Assembly: GCA_963827235.1 (NCBI GenBank)
Contig: CAWHAE010000009.1
Span: 416,001 to 480,000 of the forward strand
Source: an uncultured bacterium
GTDB lineage: Bacteria; Chloroflexota; UBA5177; JANWHV01
Direction: 5' to 3'
DNA: 64,000 bases
Position 1 is the first letter of the stretch. Every line of letters begins with the position of its first letter. The notes beneath the pieces were generated by a model. The model searched no databases, was not told the DNA's origin, and worked only from the letters and a program-made list of their open reading frames with translations. The position numbers were made by a program, and so were the translations under genes. Shown piece after piece: positions 42,285-53,080 of the stretch.

Positions 42285-42729
42285 GGAGAGCCTTGCCTTC
42301 CAATGCTGTCAGCACTCGGCGCCGGGCACACCAAGGGAGATGGACGTACCGGGCGCGCGGCGCGATCAGTCTGGTTCCCGCGACCGCGAAAGCCCCCGGT
42401 GCCACCCGGCCCGACTACCGGTGCCATTGTACTTCCGCAGCCTGAGCCGTACCGTATCAGCAGACAGCTCACCATGACCGATAGCGCGACCGGGCCGCGC
42501 TGGATATTTATGTCAAGTACAATACGACGAGCCGCAGCGTGCACGTCCTGGGGCACCGCAAGCAGTTCGTCTCGTGCCGGTCGCGGCCGGAGATGCTGCG
42601 GTGACCGCGCGCTTTGGGAGCGCGTCTCGCCACCGAGCGCTGGCGCCGTCTGCAGCCAACCGGGAGGCCGACGGCGGGTTCGCAGTATCCTGCTTACGGG
42701 CGCGGTGCTCGCCGTTCAGGAGGTAGCTA

Positions 42730-43356
42730 TTGCCGTCCTCGCACAATTCGCCGGAAGTGCTGCTGTTCGATCTCGGCGGCGTGCTCGTCGAGCTCACGGG
42801 TGTGCCCTTGATGCTGGAGTGGCTCGACCACTCGATGACCGTCGACGAGCTCTGGCGCCGCTGGCTGTTGTCGCCGATCGTGCGCCGGTTTGAGATTGGC
42901 CAGGCATCGGTCGACGAATTCGGGGCCGGACTGGTCGCGGAGTTCGGGCTTCCGGTCGAGTCCCGCGAGTTCGTCGACGTGTTCACCTGCTGGCCGCGGG
43001 GCGTCTACGACGGCGTGATCCCCCTACTGCAGTCGCTCAAGGGCTCATACCGGCTGGCATGCTTCTCCAATACCAATGAGCTGCACTGGGCGCGGCTCTG
43101 CGGCGAGATGGGTCTTGGCCAGTGCTTTGATGCCAGCTTTCCCTCGCACCTGATCGGCTGCCTGAAGCCGGATAGAGAGGCATTCGAGTTCGTGATCAGG
43201 GCGCTGGGCTGCGCGCCGGATCGCATACTCTTTCTCGACGACAACCTGCTGAACGTCGAAGGTGCGCGTGCGGCCGGCATCGTGGCCTATCGCACGCAGG
43301 GATTCCCCGCCGTGGTGCAGATGCTGGCCGATCTGGGCGTATCGAAGCACATGTGA
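42730..43356 (+). CDS. HAD family phosphatase
   Basis: FDLGGV, SNT, KP, FLDD. Confidence 0.88.
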   Translation: MPSSHNSPEVLLFDLGGVLVELTGVPLMLEWLDHSMTVDELWRRWLLSPIVRRFEIGQASVDEFGAGLVAEFGLPVESREFVDVFTCWPRGVYDGVIPLLQSLKGSYRLACFSNTNELHWARLCGEMGLGQCFDASFPSHLIGCLKPDREAFEFVIRALGCAPDRILFLDDNLLNVEGARAAGIVAYRTQGFPAVVQMLADLGVSKHM

Positions 43357-43388
43357 CTGGTAGGGAGACTTCCGTGGAAGCCGCGCCG

Positions 43389-43985
43389 TCAGGGTTCCGT
43401 GCCATCAGGGTACGCTTGGTCCTCGACGCTCGGAGCGCGGATCATCAGCGTCTCGACCGGTGGATGAACCTCGATCACGGCGTGCGGCGCAGCTACCTCT
43501 TGCCGCCAGGTTGAGTCCCGGTGCACCACGTGCGTGATGTGCTCTGGAATCTCCAGCAGACCGCGGCAAAGAAACGCGGGATAGACTCGCAGGCCGCCGG
43601 TCAGCGATTCCAGTGGAAACCAGCGGAACGTGCACGGTTGCGGCCCGTCCAGCGCAGAAAAGCACCGACGCAGGTCCAGCATCGGCGACCCGTGCGCGAA
43701 CTCCATCAGATAGTACAGCCCAAGCTCGTGGCAGGGAATGCCGGCTTCCACGAAGAAGTTCTCCGCGACCCACACCAGCCGTCCCACGGTCACGGACTCG
43801 CCGCATTCCTCGATCATCTCGCGGGCCAGCGTGCCGCCGGAAGACTCACCGGCCTCGCAGCGGCCGCCCGGCAGGAACCAGAAGCCGGACCCCTCCGCCT
43901 GCTGGAGCATAACGTGGCCGTCGTGAAGCGCGACGCCGGCTACCCTGTAGTTGAAGTGAACTCCATCAACCTCGAACGCGACCAT
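43389..43985 (-). CDS. NUDIX hydrolase
   Basis: FNYRVAG, LPGGR.E.GE....LAREMIEE, ENFF, HELG. Confidence 0.85.
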   Translation of the reverse strand: MVAFEVDGVHFNYRVAGVALHDGHVMLQQAEGSGFWFLPGGRCEAGESSGGTLAREMIEECGESVTVGRLVWVAENFFVEAGIPCHELGLYYLMEFAHGSPMLDLRRCFSALDGPQPCTFRWFPLESLTGGLRVYPAFLCRGLLEIPEHITHVVHRDSTWRQEVAAPHAVIEVHPPVETLMIRAPSVEDQAYPDGTEP

Positions 43986-44156
43986 CAACCCTCCGAGCGG
44001 CACTCCAATGTCTCACGGTCTGGGTATCCAGTATAGACGACGGCCGGACCGCGGCTCGGACACTGTGGTGGTAAGCATGGTTGTCGATGCGCACCGGACC
44101 AACGTCAGGACCTCGTACACTGCACAGAGGTCTGCGTGTTGGGAGAGAAGAAGGCG

Positions 44157-44993
44157 ATGATACCTGAAGATCACCGGCAGGTCGGCGACATGTACAACGC
44201 GTCTTTCCCATGGTCATGGAGCTTCGAGCACGAGGCGATTCGGCTCGAGCAGCGGAGCCCTGTGGAGTACGCCGTCACACTGCGCTACCTCGACCGCTTT
44301 ATCCAGCCGGGCCAGATGGTTGCCGACATCGGCGTTGGGGCGGGTCATTACAGCGAGCACCTGGCGCGGCACGGCTGTGCCATCCATCTGATCGACGTCT
44401 CGCAGCGCCTGCTCGACGCCGCCGTCGCCCGGCTCCGTATTGCTGGGCTGGAGGACCGGATCCAGGGCGTCCACTGTGCTTCGGCGGCGGCACTTACCCC
44501 GTTGGCAGATGCTTCTTGCGATGCCGCACTGATGCTGGGCCCGCTCTATCACCTCGGCAGGGCAAGCGAGCGCGCACAGGCGATCGCCGAGACCGCGCGT
44601 ATCCTGCGGCCAAGAGGCGTGATCCTGGCAGCCGGCATCAACCGCCTCATCTTCCTGGGCGATGCGTTGCGCGATTCGCCGAACGGGACGGAGTACCGCC
44701 TGGACTCCCTCCAGCGGTTCTGGGAGGACGGCAGCCTCGACACGGTCGATGCGCGTCTTCCCGCTGCGGTGCATCTGGCCACGGCTGCCGAGTTCCAGAG
44801 CGAGCTGAGCGCCGCGTTCACGCCTCTGCAGTTTGCCGGCACCGAGTCGTTCGCCAGCCGGCTCGTCGAGCAGTTCCAGGCGGCGACGCCGGAGAGCCAG
44901 AGGATCTGGCTGGATCTGGTCGAGCAGACCGGCACAACTCCGGAGGGCATCGGAGCCACGACGCACTTTCTCTACGCCGGCCGTAAGTCCTGA
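44157..44993 (+). CDS. Class I SAM-dependent methyltransferase (same family as 36458-37273)
   Basis: E..RL, DIGVGAGHY, LGPLYHL. Confidence 0.85.
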   Translation: MIPEDHRQVGDMYNASFPWSWSFEHEAIRLEQRSPVEYAVTLRYLDRFIQPGQMVADIGVGAGHYSEHLARHGCAIHLIDVSQRLLDAAVARLRIAGLEDRIQGVHCASAAALTPLADASCDAALMLGPLYHLGRASERAQAIAETARILRPRGVILAAGINRLIFLGDALRDSPNGTEYRLDSLQRFWEDGSLDTVDARLPAAVHLATAAEFQSELSAAFTPLQFAGTESFASRLVEQFQAATPESQRIWLDLVEQTGTTPEGIGATTHFLYAGRKS

Positions 44994-45709
44994 CGCTGCC
45001 CGCCTATCAGGGTCAAGAGCTCGGGCAAAGAGGCAATCTCCGGCCCCTGCCAGTTTTCGACGTCGGGGCGCTGCGTGTCGTAGCGATCGTCGCCGGCGCC
45101 GCGAATGAGGACGGCCCGCATGCCCACGCCCTGGGCGCCGCTCAGCTCCTGGCTGCTGCCATCGCCGACGTAGAGGCAACGTGCTGCCTGCACGCCCAGC
45201 TGCTCGCAGACGAGGGCGTAGATTCGAGGGTCGGGTTTCTGAAGATGAACGGCGCAGGAGAAGATCGGTGCATCGACGAGAGGGGCAAACGGTGTCTGCG
45301 ACCAGAGGCGGGGTACGGCCGGAGCGCAATCGCTGATCAACCCGATCTTGTAGCCTGCTGCACGCAGGGTAGCCAACACATCGCAGGCCCCGTGTCGCGG
45401 GACCAGTCCGGCGCGGGTGAAATCGAGCATGATCTCGGTAGCCAGAGCGACTTGCTCGTCGCCCGCCTCCGCGCCCAGCCCTCGACAAATGTACGTGATG
45501 TTGTCTTCCACGCCGGCCAGAGTGCCCAGCACCCGCATCGGCCAGGTGGCCTCGATCCACCACTGCATGAAGTCCGCACGCGGCACGCGCAGTACGGCGG
45601 CCATGCGCTCCAGCGCGGCGTCATGCGGGCGGACCGAGAACGTGTCCACCAGCGTGCCGAAGAGATCGAAGATGACGGCGTCGTAAGGCATGCGGGCAGC
45701 GCTGTTCAT
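44972..45709 (-). CDS. HAD family hydrolase
   Basis: FDLFGTL, KPDPRIY, YVGDG. Confidence 0.88.
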   Translation of the reverse strand: MNSAARMPYDAVIFDLFGTLVDTFSVRPHDAALERMAAVLRVPRADFMQWWIEATWPMRVLGTLAGVEDNITYICRGLGAEAGDEQVALATEIMLDFTRAGLVPRHGACDVLATLRAAGYKIGLISDCAPAVPRLWSQTPFAPLVDAPIFSCAVHLQKPDPRIYALVCEQLGVQAARCLYVGDGSSQELSGAQGVGMRAVLIRGAGDDRYDTQRPDVENWQGPEIASLPELLTLIGGQRQDLRPA

Positions 45710-46015
45710 GTGAGGGTGACCTCGTCACCGACCAGTATCATCTGAAGACGTCCAGTAATGGCCTGCGAGGCCAGGTTCTCCCAGGCGTGGCCATAGAAGG
45801 GGACGCGCCCGGCTGGACACCGCACCGGCTGCAATCTCGTTCCCATATCCGTCATATCCGTCAATGTACCGATCGACTCTGATCGCTCCTTGCGTTGCCG
45901 GCAGTCTCACCTTGCGCGAGGCGCTCCAAGCTCGTCCAGCTCCGGCACTTCCCAGGAGCATCGCTACTGTACAATTGTCGCGGCGAGCGCACGCGGCGCC
46001 GAATAGGAGGCGAAG

Positions 46016-46369
46016 ATGTGCCGGCGCACCATCGAGGCATATGATCGCATTGCCGGGGAGTTCGCGCGAGTCCACGCCGCCATGCCGGACGCTCTGACCG
46101 AATACGGCCGTCGCTTTCCGTCACTATTCGGTTCAGAGGCATGGATCTTGAGCGTTTGGCTGGGCATGGGTCGCGACGCCGAAGGCGAGGCGTGCCAGTG
46201 TGCCTCCGTCGATGGCGGCAGAGTGATCGAGCGCTGGTTCACTCGCCGCCGAGAGTCTGAGCTGCGGGCGATCCCGGAGTGGCGCACGACAGTGGACGGC
46301 AGCCGGCATTGGTTGCACTTCCTCGCCTCGGCCCGAAATGCCGGCGGAGGGATTGGAGAGCACGATTGA
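46016..46369 (+). pseudogene. Probable internally deleted methyltransferase remnant
   Basis: TIEAYDRIA N-terminus and RWF...WLHFLA C-terminus without the glycine-rich SAM motif. Confidence 0.4.
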
Positions 46370-46941
46370 TGATCGGTACGTCCGTTGCGCCCGCTCCCTG
46401 GCTGCTGGCCATGCGCGGCCTGCCCGGCGCGGGCAAGAGCACGCTGAGTCGCGCACTGAGCCGCGAGCTTGGGTGGCCGCTCATCGACAAGGACGACTGC
46501 AAAGACATCCTGGACGGACGAGCCGGCGATGCCGGCGGCTTGGCCTACGCAATCATGCTCAACGTGGCCCGCCGCCAGCTGTGTCTTGGGCTGAGCGTGA
46601 TCGCCGACAGCCCGTTATCGTTCGAACGCTTCTACCTGCAGGCTCGCGAGATCACCGCCGCCTGCCATGCCGGGCTTGCCGTGCTGGAATGCCGCTGTGC
46701 CGACGACGTGGAATGGCAGCGACGCATCGACGGGCGCAAGGCGCTCGCACTGCCTGCCCATCATCAAGTGGACTGGGCGTCGTTCCAGGTTACTCGAGCC
46801 GAGTGGGTGCGGCGCGCCGGCTACCCGATACGCGATCCTCACCTGGTGGTGGATACCTTGAGACCGATCCCCGAGCTGCTCGCAGACGTGACGGCGTGGC
46901 TCACGAGCGCGAGGGCGGCTCTATCCCGTACCGGACCATGA
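46369..46941 (+). CDS. AAA_33-type P-loop kinase
   Basis: GLPGAGKST Walker A, LIDKD. Confidence 0.85.
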   Translation: MIGTSVAPAPWLLAMRGLPGAGKSTLSRALSRELGWPLIDKDDCKDILDGRAGDAGGLAYAIMLNVARRQLCLGLSVIADSPLSFERFYLQAREITAACHAGLAVLECRCADDVEWQRRIDGRKALALPAHHQVDWASFQVTRAEWVRRAGYPIRDPHLVVDTLRPIPELLADVTAWLTSARAALSRTGP

Positions 46942-47168
46942 GCGCCTGCAGTCTCTCCCTGATGTGCTGCCGGAGCTCGCCGTGCCGCTCCTCAGAAAAG
47001 GCGTGCTCGGGTGCCGCCCGCTGTTCGCGCGGATAGCGCCGCACCGGACCGCCGATGAGTGAGCCGCGGCGAAGCCGGCTACTCTCGGCAAGTTCCAGGT
47101 ACGGGTATCTTGAGTGTGGGTTGTAGAATAGGGCTGCCGCCAAGAGACGGCAACGGGGAGCAAAGCAC

Positions 47169-48038
47169 ATGGAAGAGCGGACAATCGGCGCGCGGCGGGT
47201 GAGCGAGCTGGGTTACGGCGGCATGTATCTGTCGGTGCAGGGAAGGCCGGCGGAGACGCAGGCCCTCGAGACGTTGAAGGCGGTGCTCGACGGCGGCGTC
47301 ACGCTGATCGACACGGCCGACGCGTACTGCCTCAACGACGGCGACGTGGGGCACAACGAGCGGCTGATTGCCAAGGCCCTGGCAGCGGCGGGCAGGTCGC
47401 GCGATGAAGTCCTCGTGGCCACAAAGGGCGGCCACACGCGCCTGCCAAACGGCGGCTGGGACGTGAATGGCCGGCCCGACTACCTGCGCAAGGCCTGCGA
47501 CGCCAGCCTCAAGGCGCTCGGCGTCGAGGTGATCGACCTCTACCAGTATCACAGGCCCGACCCGAAGGTACCGTACGAGGAGGCTATCGGCGCGGTTGCC
47601 GAGTTGCAGCGGGCCGGCAAGGTGCGCATGGTCGGCGTATCCAACGTCTCGCTTGCCCAGCTCGATACGGCCCAGCGCCTGGTAGAGGTGGTCAGCGTGC
47701 AGAACGAATTCCATCATTGGCATCGTGGGGACGAGAAGAATGGCGTGCTGCAAGCCTGCACCGAGCGCGGCATCGCCTACCTCCCCTACTCCCCCTTCGG
47801 CGGCGGCAGCCGTGCCAAGCACCTGGGGGAGATCGCGGCCATCGCCGAGGTGGCGCGCAAGCACAACGCGACGCCCTACCAGGTGGTGCTGGCCTGGCTG
47901 CTGGCCAAATCGCCGGTGATCGTGCCTATCCCGTGCACTACACGCGCCGAGCGCGTGCGCGACAACCTGGGAGCGGCGAGCCTGCAGCTCAGCGCCGAGG
48001 ATATCCGTGCGGTGGACGAGGCGAAGCCGGCTGCCTGA
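47169..48038 (+). CDS. Aldo/keto reductase
   Basis: IDTADAY, ATKGG, IDLYQYH, GVSN, PYSP, VPIP. Confidence 0.92.
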   Translation: MEERTIGARRVSELGYGGMYLSVQGRPAETQALETLKAVLDGGVTLIDTADAYCLNDGDVGHNERLIAKALAAAGRSRDEVLVATKGGHTRLPNGGWDVNGRPDYLRKACDASLKALGVEVIDLYQYHRPDPKVPYEEAIGAVAELQRAGKVRMVGVSNVSLAQLDTAQRLVEVVSVQNEFHHWHRGDEKNGVLQACTERGIAYLPYSPFGGGSRAKHLGEIAAIAEVARKHNATPYQVVLAWLLAKSPVIVPIPCTTRAERVRDNLGAASLQLSAEDIRAVDEAKPAA

Positions 48039-48060
48039 GCGATGGCCTGCCGCCGGCCCT

Positions 48061-49251
48061 TTAGCTCCGTGGCTTCCTGGTGGTCATACTGATCAGCACG
48101 ACCATGGTAGCAATGACCACTACCAGGAAGACTACCAGCTTGATGGCCCGGTCGACCGCGAGGTCGACCAGGCCAAGCGCCGTGCACACGCCATAGAAGA
48201 TGAGCACGATCTGCTGCTGGCTGAAGCCGCGCTGGAGCAGCCGGTGATGCAGGTGCTCGTTGTCGGCGCTGAAGAACGGCTTCCCTTCCAGGGGGCGGCG
48301 CACGAACAGCCACGCCGTGTCCAGAATCGGCACCGTCAAGATCAGGAGGGCGGTGCCGATTTTGGCCGGACCCAGGATGGCCAGCCCGCCCAGCGTGTAC
48401 CCGGCGAACTGGGCACCCGCATCGCCCAGAAAGATGCTGGCCGGCGCCCAGTTATAAAAGAGGAATCCCAGCAGGGCGGCCGCCAGGATCAGCGGCGGCA
48501 GCAGCAGCACCTCGCTGCCGAGCAGCGTGCTGGCGCCCTCGCCGTGCGTCGCACCGCTCCAGATCGCCAGCAGAATGGCCGCGATCATCACCACGCCGGT
48601 CGCCAGGCCGTCCAGACCGTCCATGAAATTGACCGTGTTCATCATGCCCACGATCCAAAACATGGTAAACGCCATGCCCAGCGAGATGCCCAGAAAGGAG
48701 GGCGTGAGAAGAATCTGCAGATGCTTCTCCGGATGCGCGTAGAGAAAGTGCAGGCTGCTCAGGGGATTGGAGACGCCGTGCACCGGATCGAGCCCTCCGA
48801 ACAGCGCCGCCGCCGCCGCCAGCAGCTGGCCGAGGAAGTGCACCGACGGGCGCAGGCCGCGCGTGTTGCGGCTGGTCAGCACGTCGTCACACACGCCTAC
48901 GAGCACGGCAACCGTGGCACCCAGGAGCAGGCCGCGGAACTGCTTGAGCGTCTGCTCCCCGATCAGAAACGAGGTATTCAACGCGTCGTGGCGGGCACCG
49001 GTCAGGGGCATGAACAGCATCATGCCGGCGGCAAAAGCGGCGAAGAGTGCCACGCCGCCCAGGTACGGCACGGGCCGCACGTGCACGTCACGGGAGCGTA
49101 CGGGCGCCAGGATCCGGTAGCGGCAAGCGAACTTGGTGAGCAGGGGCGTGAAGACGAGGGATAAGCCCAGGACACAGGCGGCAGTGATGATACACTGTAA
49201 CGCGAGGTACTCGTCGCCGAACGCGCGGTGTACAAGGTCCACGAAGAGCAA
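48061..49251 (-). CDS. MraY/WecA/TagO family polyprenyl-phosphate GlcNAc-1-P transferase
   Basis: PYLGG, GVCDD, NFMDGLDGL, FLGDAG, HLHHRL. Confidence 0.9.
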   Translation of the reverse strand: MLFVDLVHRAFGDEYLALQCIITAACVLGLSLVFTPLLTKFACRYRILAPVRSRDVHVRPVPYLGGVALFAAFAAGMMLFMPLTGARHDALNTSFLIGEQTLKQFRGLLLGATVAVLVGVCDDVLTSRNTRGLRPSVHFLGQLLAAAAALFGGLDPVHGVSNPLSSLHFLYAHPEKHLQILLTPSFLGISLGMAFTMFWIVGMMNTVNFMDGLDGLATGVVMIAAILLAIWSGATHGEGASTLLGSEVLLLPPLILAAALLGFLFYNWAPASIFLGDAGAQFAGYTLGGLAILGPAKIGTALLILTVPILDTAWLFVRRPLEGKPFFSADNEHLHHRLLQRGFSQQQIVLIFYGVCTALGLVDLAVDRAIKLVVFLVVVIATMVVLISMTTRKPRS

Positions 49252-49315
49252 ATCTCCTCTGGGGGCGGTGGTTTTCTCACATCGCTTCGGGGCGATCTTA
49301 CCTCAAATGGACTAT

Positions 49316-49345
49316 TTGACACCATCGGAAAGCTGTGCATATCAT
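49316..49345 (+). promoter_or_regulatory. Promoter for tRNA-Leu/tig-clpP-clpX
   Basis: TTGACA-N18-TATCAT. Confidence 0.5.
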
Positions 49346-49410
49346 GGGTCAAAGGCTCTCTGCCTTCTCCATGGTCATCATGAGCCCACGTTCATGCCAG
49401 TGCTTCGTTG

Positions 49411-49495
49411 GGGGAAGTGTCGGAATCGGTAGACGGGCATGACTTAGGATCATGTGCAGCAATGCGTGAGGGTTCGAGTCCCTCCTTCCCCACCA
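49411..49495 (+). tRNA. tRNA-Leu (anticodon TAG)
   Basis: GGGGAAG/CTTCCCC acceptor stem plus ACCA; CATGA-CTTAGGA-TCATG anticodon arm; GGTTCGAGTCC T-arm; long variable arm. Confidence 0.95.
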
Positions 49496-49633
49496 CTGCC
49501 CCAAAGGCGAGGAGTGATGCCGCGGTTCTAGCCGTCCCCGGCCTCGAGAATTGGGGGGCTCGGGGGAAGCACGGCGAGAGCGCGGTAACGCTCTGCATGC
49601 ATACACAGTGTCAGGGAGTGAGGTCGAAGACCC

Positions 49634-51088
49634 GTGCGGGTTGAAGTTGAACATCTTCCAGAGAGTCAGGTACAGCTCCAAATAGAGATCGATCCGGATG
49701 CGCTGGGTCAGGCCGTCGGACGCGCCTATCAGCGGCTGGCCGGCAAGTACCGGGTGCCGGGCTTCCGGCCCGGCAAGGCACCCCGAGCAGTGCTCGAGCG
49801 CGCCATCGGTCCAGAAGCGCTGCTGAGTGAAGCGGCAGACATAGCGATCAACGATGCCTACTCGCAGGCTATTAAAGATCACGACCTCCATCCCCTTGGC
49901 TACCCCGACCTGCAATCGCCAAAGGCCGAGGAAATCGACGCCCAAAAGCCCTTGAGCTTCACGGCCACGGTCTACATCCGGCCCGAGGTGCAGCTCGGCG
50001 ACTACGCGTCTGTTCGCCTCACGCCGGAAACGCCGGAGATCTCGGCAGACGACGTGGACCGCTTCTTGAAAGAGCTCGCGGACCAGCAGGCGGCGTGGGT
50101 CGCCGTCGAGGACGGCGCCGCGGAGATGGGCGACCTGGCCACGCTGCGCGTGCTGGCCAAGGTCGAGGAGGAGACGCTGGTCGACCAGGAAGCCTGGGAT
50201 TACCAGCTGCGCGAGGGTGAAGCGCCGAACGTGCCGATTCCTGGGCTTTCCCAGCGTCTGGTCGGCATGCGCAAAGGTGACGTGAAGGACGAGACCATCG
50301 AGCTGCCGGCTGATTACGTGCCTTCGTCCTATGCAGGCAAGCAGCTTGCTCTGCATGTCGAGGTGCTCAAGATCGAGCGAAAGCACGCGCCCGAGATCGA
50401 CGACGCGTTCGCCCTGAGCGTTGCCAAGGTCGACTCCCTTACCGCCCTTCGCGAGCGGCTTACCACCAACATGCAGGCCCAGGCCCGGCGCCGGGCCCTG
50501 GATGAATACGTGGAAAAGGTGGTCGATGAAGTCGTCAAGCAGGCCGCCGTCTCGGTGCCACCGCCGCTCGTCGACGAGGAGCTCGAAGACATGATGCGGC
50601 AGGTCCAGGAGTCCGTCGAGCGCGAGCGAAAGATCTCGATGGATACCTATGCCCGCATTCTCGGCAAGACCGTGGAGCAGATGCGCGCGGATGCGCGACC
50701 GAATGCCGAGCAGCGCGTGCGCACGGACCTCGTTCTCGACGCCATTGCCAAAGTGGAGAGCATCGAGGCACCCGATAGCGAGATCGACGCGCAGGTCCAT
50801 CTGCTTGCCAGCCAGCCGACCTATAGCAATAAGGAGCGGCGCCGCCTGCTTGCATCCGATGCATTGCGGCAGCGAATTGCCACCAAGTTGCGGAAGAGGT
50901 ATGTCATTAATCGGTTGCTCGAGATAGCCAGCCCGGATGGTCACGCGGACATGGCCGAGAGCGTGGAAAGCGTGGCCCAGGGTGTACCGGCGACGGTGGT
51001 TGCCGAGCAAGCGACGGAATCCAGGCCGGAAGCGACGAGCGTGCAGGAAGCGAGCGAGCCTGGTCAGCAGAACGAAGAGGAGAACTGA
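49634..51088 (+). CDS. tig: Trigger factor
   Basis: PGFRPGKAP ribosome-binding motif; canonical position before clpP. Confidence 0.95.
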   Translation: MRVEVEHLPESQVQLQIEIDPDALGQAVGRAYQRLAGKYRVPGFRPGKAPRAVLERAIGPEALLSEAADIAINDAYSQAIKDHDLHPLGYPDLQSPKAEEIDAQKPLSFTATVYIRPEVQLGDYASVRLTPETPEISADDVDRFLKELADQQAAWVAVEDGAAEMGDLATLRVLAKVEEETLVDQEAWDYQLREGEAPNVPIPGLSQRLVGMRKGDVKDETIELPADYVPSSYAGKQLALHVEVLKIERKHAPEIDDAFALSVAKVDSLTALRERLTTNMQAQARRRALDEYVEKVVDEVVKQAAVSVPPPLVDEELEDMMRQVQESVERERKISMDTYARILGKTVEQMRADARPNAEQRVRTDLVLDAIAKVESIEAPDSEIDAQVHLLASQPTYSNKERRRLLASDALRQRIATKLRKRYVINRLLEIASPDGHADMAESVESVAQGVPATVVAEQATESRPEATSVQEASEPGQQNEEEN

Positions 51089-51090
51089 CG

Positions 51091-51696
51091 ATGGGCCTCG
51101 TGCCGATGGTCGTCGAGTCCACAAACCGTGGAGAGCGTGCGTACGATATTTTCTCGCGCATGCTCAAAGACCGCATTATCTTTATCACCACGCCGATCGA
51201 GCCGCAGATGGCCAGCCTGGTAGTGGCGCAGCTCCTCTTCTTGCAGAGCGAAGACGCAGAGCGCGACATCAGCATCTACATCAGCAGCCCTGGCGGTCAG
51301 GTGACCGCCGGCCTGGCGATTTACGACACCATGCAGCAGATCAAGCCCGATGTGGCTACATATTGTATGGGTATGTGCGCGAGCATGGCTTCGGTTCTGC
51401 TCGCCGCCGGCACGAAGGGCAAGCGCTATGCACTGCCCAATTCGGAGATCATGATTCACCAGGGCAGCGCCGGCTTCCAGGGCGCTACTCCCGACATCGA
51501 GATTCAATCGCGCTGGATCATCCGCTCGGTTCGCCGGCTGAACCAGATCCTGGCACACCACTGTGGCCAGCCGTATGAGAAGATTGATGTCGACACGAAA
51601 CGCGATTACTTCATGACCGCGAAGGAGGCCAAAGACTACGGACTCGTGGACGAGGTGCTCGTCAACGCAAGCTTCCCTGAACTCGCGGAGGACTAA
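51091..51696 (+). CDS. clpP: ATP-dependent Clp protease proteolytic subunit
   Basis: [18 protein letters not shown] (Ser), MIHQ (His), RDYFM. Confidence 0.96.
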   Translation: MGLVPMVVESTNRGERAYDIFSRMLKDRIIFITTPIEPQMASLVVAQLLFLQSEDAERDISIYISSPGGQVTAGLAIYDTMQQIKPDVATYCMGMCASMASVLLAAGTKGKRYALPNSEIMIHQGSAGFQGATPDIEIQSRWIIRSVRRLNQILAHHCGQPYEKIDVDTKRDYFMTAKEAKDYGLVDEVLVNASFPELAED

Positions 51697-51701
51697 CGAC
51701 C

Positions 51702-52985
51702 ATGGCCAACACGAAGCCGCCTCGTGTCCAGTATCGCTGCTCGTTCTGCGGCAAAAGCCAGGAGCAGGTTCACAGGCTTATCGCAGGTCCTGGTGGCGTC
51801 TACATCTGCGATGAATGCATCGACCTGTGCCGCGAGATCATCGAAGAGGAACAAGCGAACGCGCCAAAGCAGAAACTCCCTATTACCAAGATCCCGCCTC
51901 CCAAGCGTATCTTCGAGCAGCTCAACCAGTACGTGGTCGGGCAGAACCGCGCCAAGCGCGTGCTCTCCGTTGCCGTCTATAACCACTACAAGCGCGTAGC
52001 AGCGGGCATGCAGATCGACGACGTCGAGCTGCAGAAGAGCAACATCCTGCTCGTCGGCCCCACCGGCTGCGGCAAGACGCTGCTGGCCCAGACCCTGGCG
52101 CGCGTGCTGGACGTTCCCTTCTGCATCGCCGACGCCACGGCGCTCACCGAGGCTGGCTACGTGGGCGAGGACGTGGAGAACATCTTGCTTCGCCTGATTC
52201 AGGCGGCGGACTTCGACATCCCGCGGGCCGAGAAGGGCATCGTCTATATCGACGAGATCGACAAGATCTCGCGCAAGTCCGACAACCCGTCGATCACGCG
52301 CGACGTGTCGGGCGAGGGCGTACAGCAGGCACTGCTGAAGATCGTCGAGGGGACGATCGCCAACGTCCCGCCACAAGGCGGCCGGAAGCATCCGCACCAG
52401 GATTTCATCCAGATCAACACGTCGAATATCCTCTTCATCTGCGGCGGCGCCTTTGAAGGGCTCGACAAGATCATCGACAACCGGCTGAACAAGCACAAGC
52501 GGCTTGGCTTCCAGACCTCCGAGGCTGCTGAAGAGCCGAGCGAGGCGCAGAAGCAGGTCATCCCCGAGGATCTTCTGCAATACGGCCTTATCCCCGAGTT
52601 CGTGGGACGCCTGCCGGTGGTAGTCATGCTCGAGGCGCTGGACGAGGATACCCTGATCAAGATCATGACCGAGCCGAAGAATGCAATCGTCAAGCAATAC
52701 AAGAAATTCTTCGATCTCGACAAGGTGGAGCTGGTCTTCACGCAGGAAGCGATCCGGGCCACGGCGCGCGAAGCGCTCAAGCACAAGACCGGCGCGCGCG
52801 GCCTACGCACCATCGTCGAGGAAGTTCTGCTCGACGTGATGTACGAGATTCCGTCTCGGCAGGATATCCGTCGCTGCAAGATTACCGAGAAGGTGATCCT
52901 CAAGGAGGAAAGTCCGATTCTCGAGCCGGTGCGTCTGCCCGCGCGCGACGAAGAAGACCTCCTGGTCCAAGACGAGCCTGCTTGA
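51702..52985 (+). CDS. clpX: Clp protease ATP-binding subunit ClpX
   Basis: CSFC/CDEC zinc domain, [19 protein letters not shown] loop, GARGLR. Confidence 0.97.
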   Translation: MANTKPPRVQYRCSFCGKSQEQVHRLIAGPGGVYICDECIDLCREIIEEEQANAPKQKLPITKIPPPKRIFEQLNQYVVGQNRAKRVLSVAVYNHYKRVAAGMQIDDVELQKSNILLVGPTGCGKTLLAQTLARVLDVPFCIADATALTEAGYVGEDVENILLRLIQAADFDIPRAEKGIVYIDEIDKISRKSDNPSITRDVSGEGVQQALLKIVEGTIANVPPQGGRKHPHQDFIQINTSNILFICGGAFEGLDKIIDNRLNKHKRLGFQTSEAAEEPSEAQKQVIPEDLLQYGLIPEFVGRLPVVVMLEALDEDTLIKIMTEPKNAIVKQYKKFFDLDKVELVFTQEAIRATAREALKHKTGARGLRTIVEEVLLDVMYEIPSRQDIRRCKITEKVILKEESPILEPVRLPARDEEDLLVQDEPA

Positions 52986-53019
52986 TACCAGGGCGGTAAG
53001 TCCCAACGGCAGATAGTAT

Positions 53020-53055
53020 GACGAGAGCCCGGCGCGGTTGCGCCGGGCTCTCGTC
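53020..53055. terminator. Perfect 16-bp hairpin between convergent genes
   Basis: GACGAGAGCCCGGCGC-GGTT-GCGCCGGGCTCTCGTC; no U-tract. Confidence 0.7.
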
Positions 53056-53080
53056 GCGTCGGTGACGTCGTGCGGCGGAC

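Noticed and set aside
45844-45863. Tandem CATATCCGT x2
   Set aside because: Only two copies and no supporting context
46901-47170. Possible IS200 TnpA C-terminal fragment
   Set aside because: Only a vague resemblance; no HUH motif or terminal hairpins
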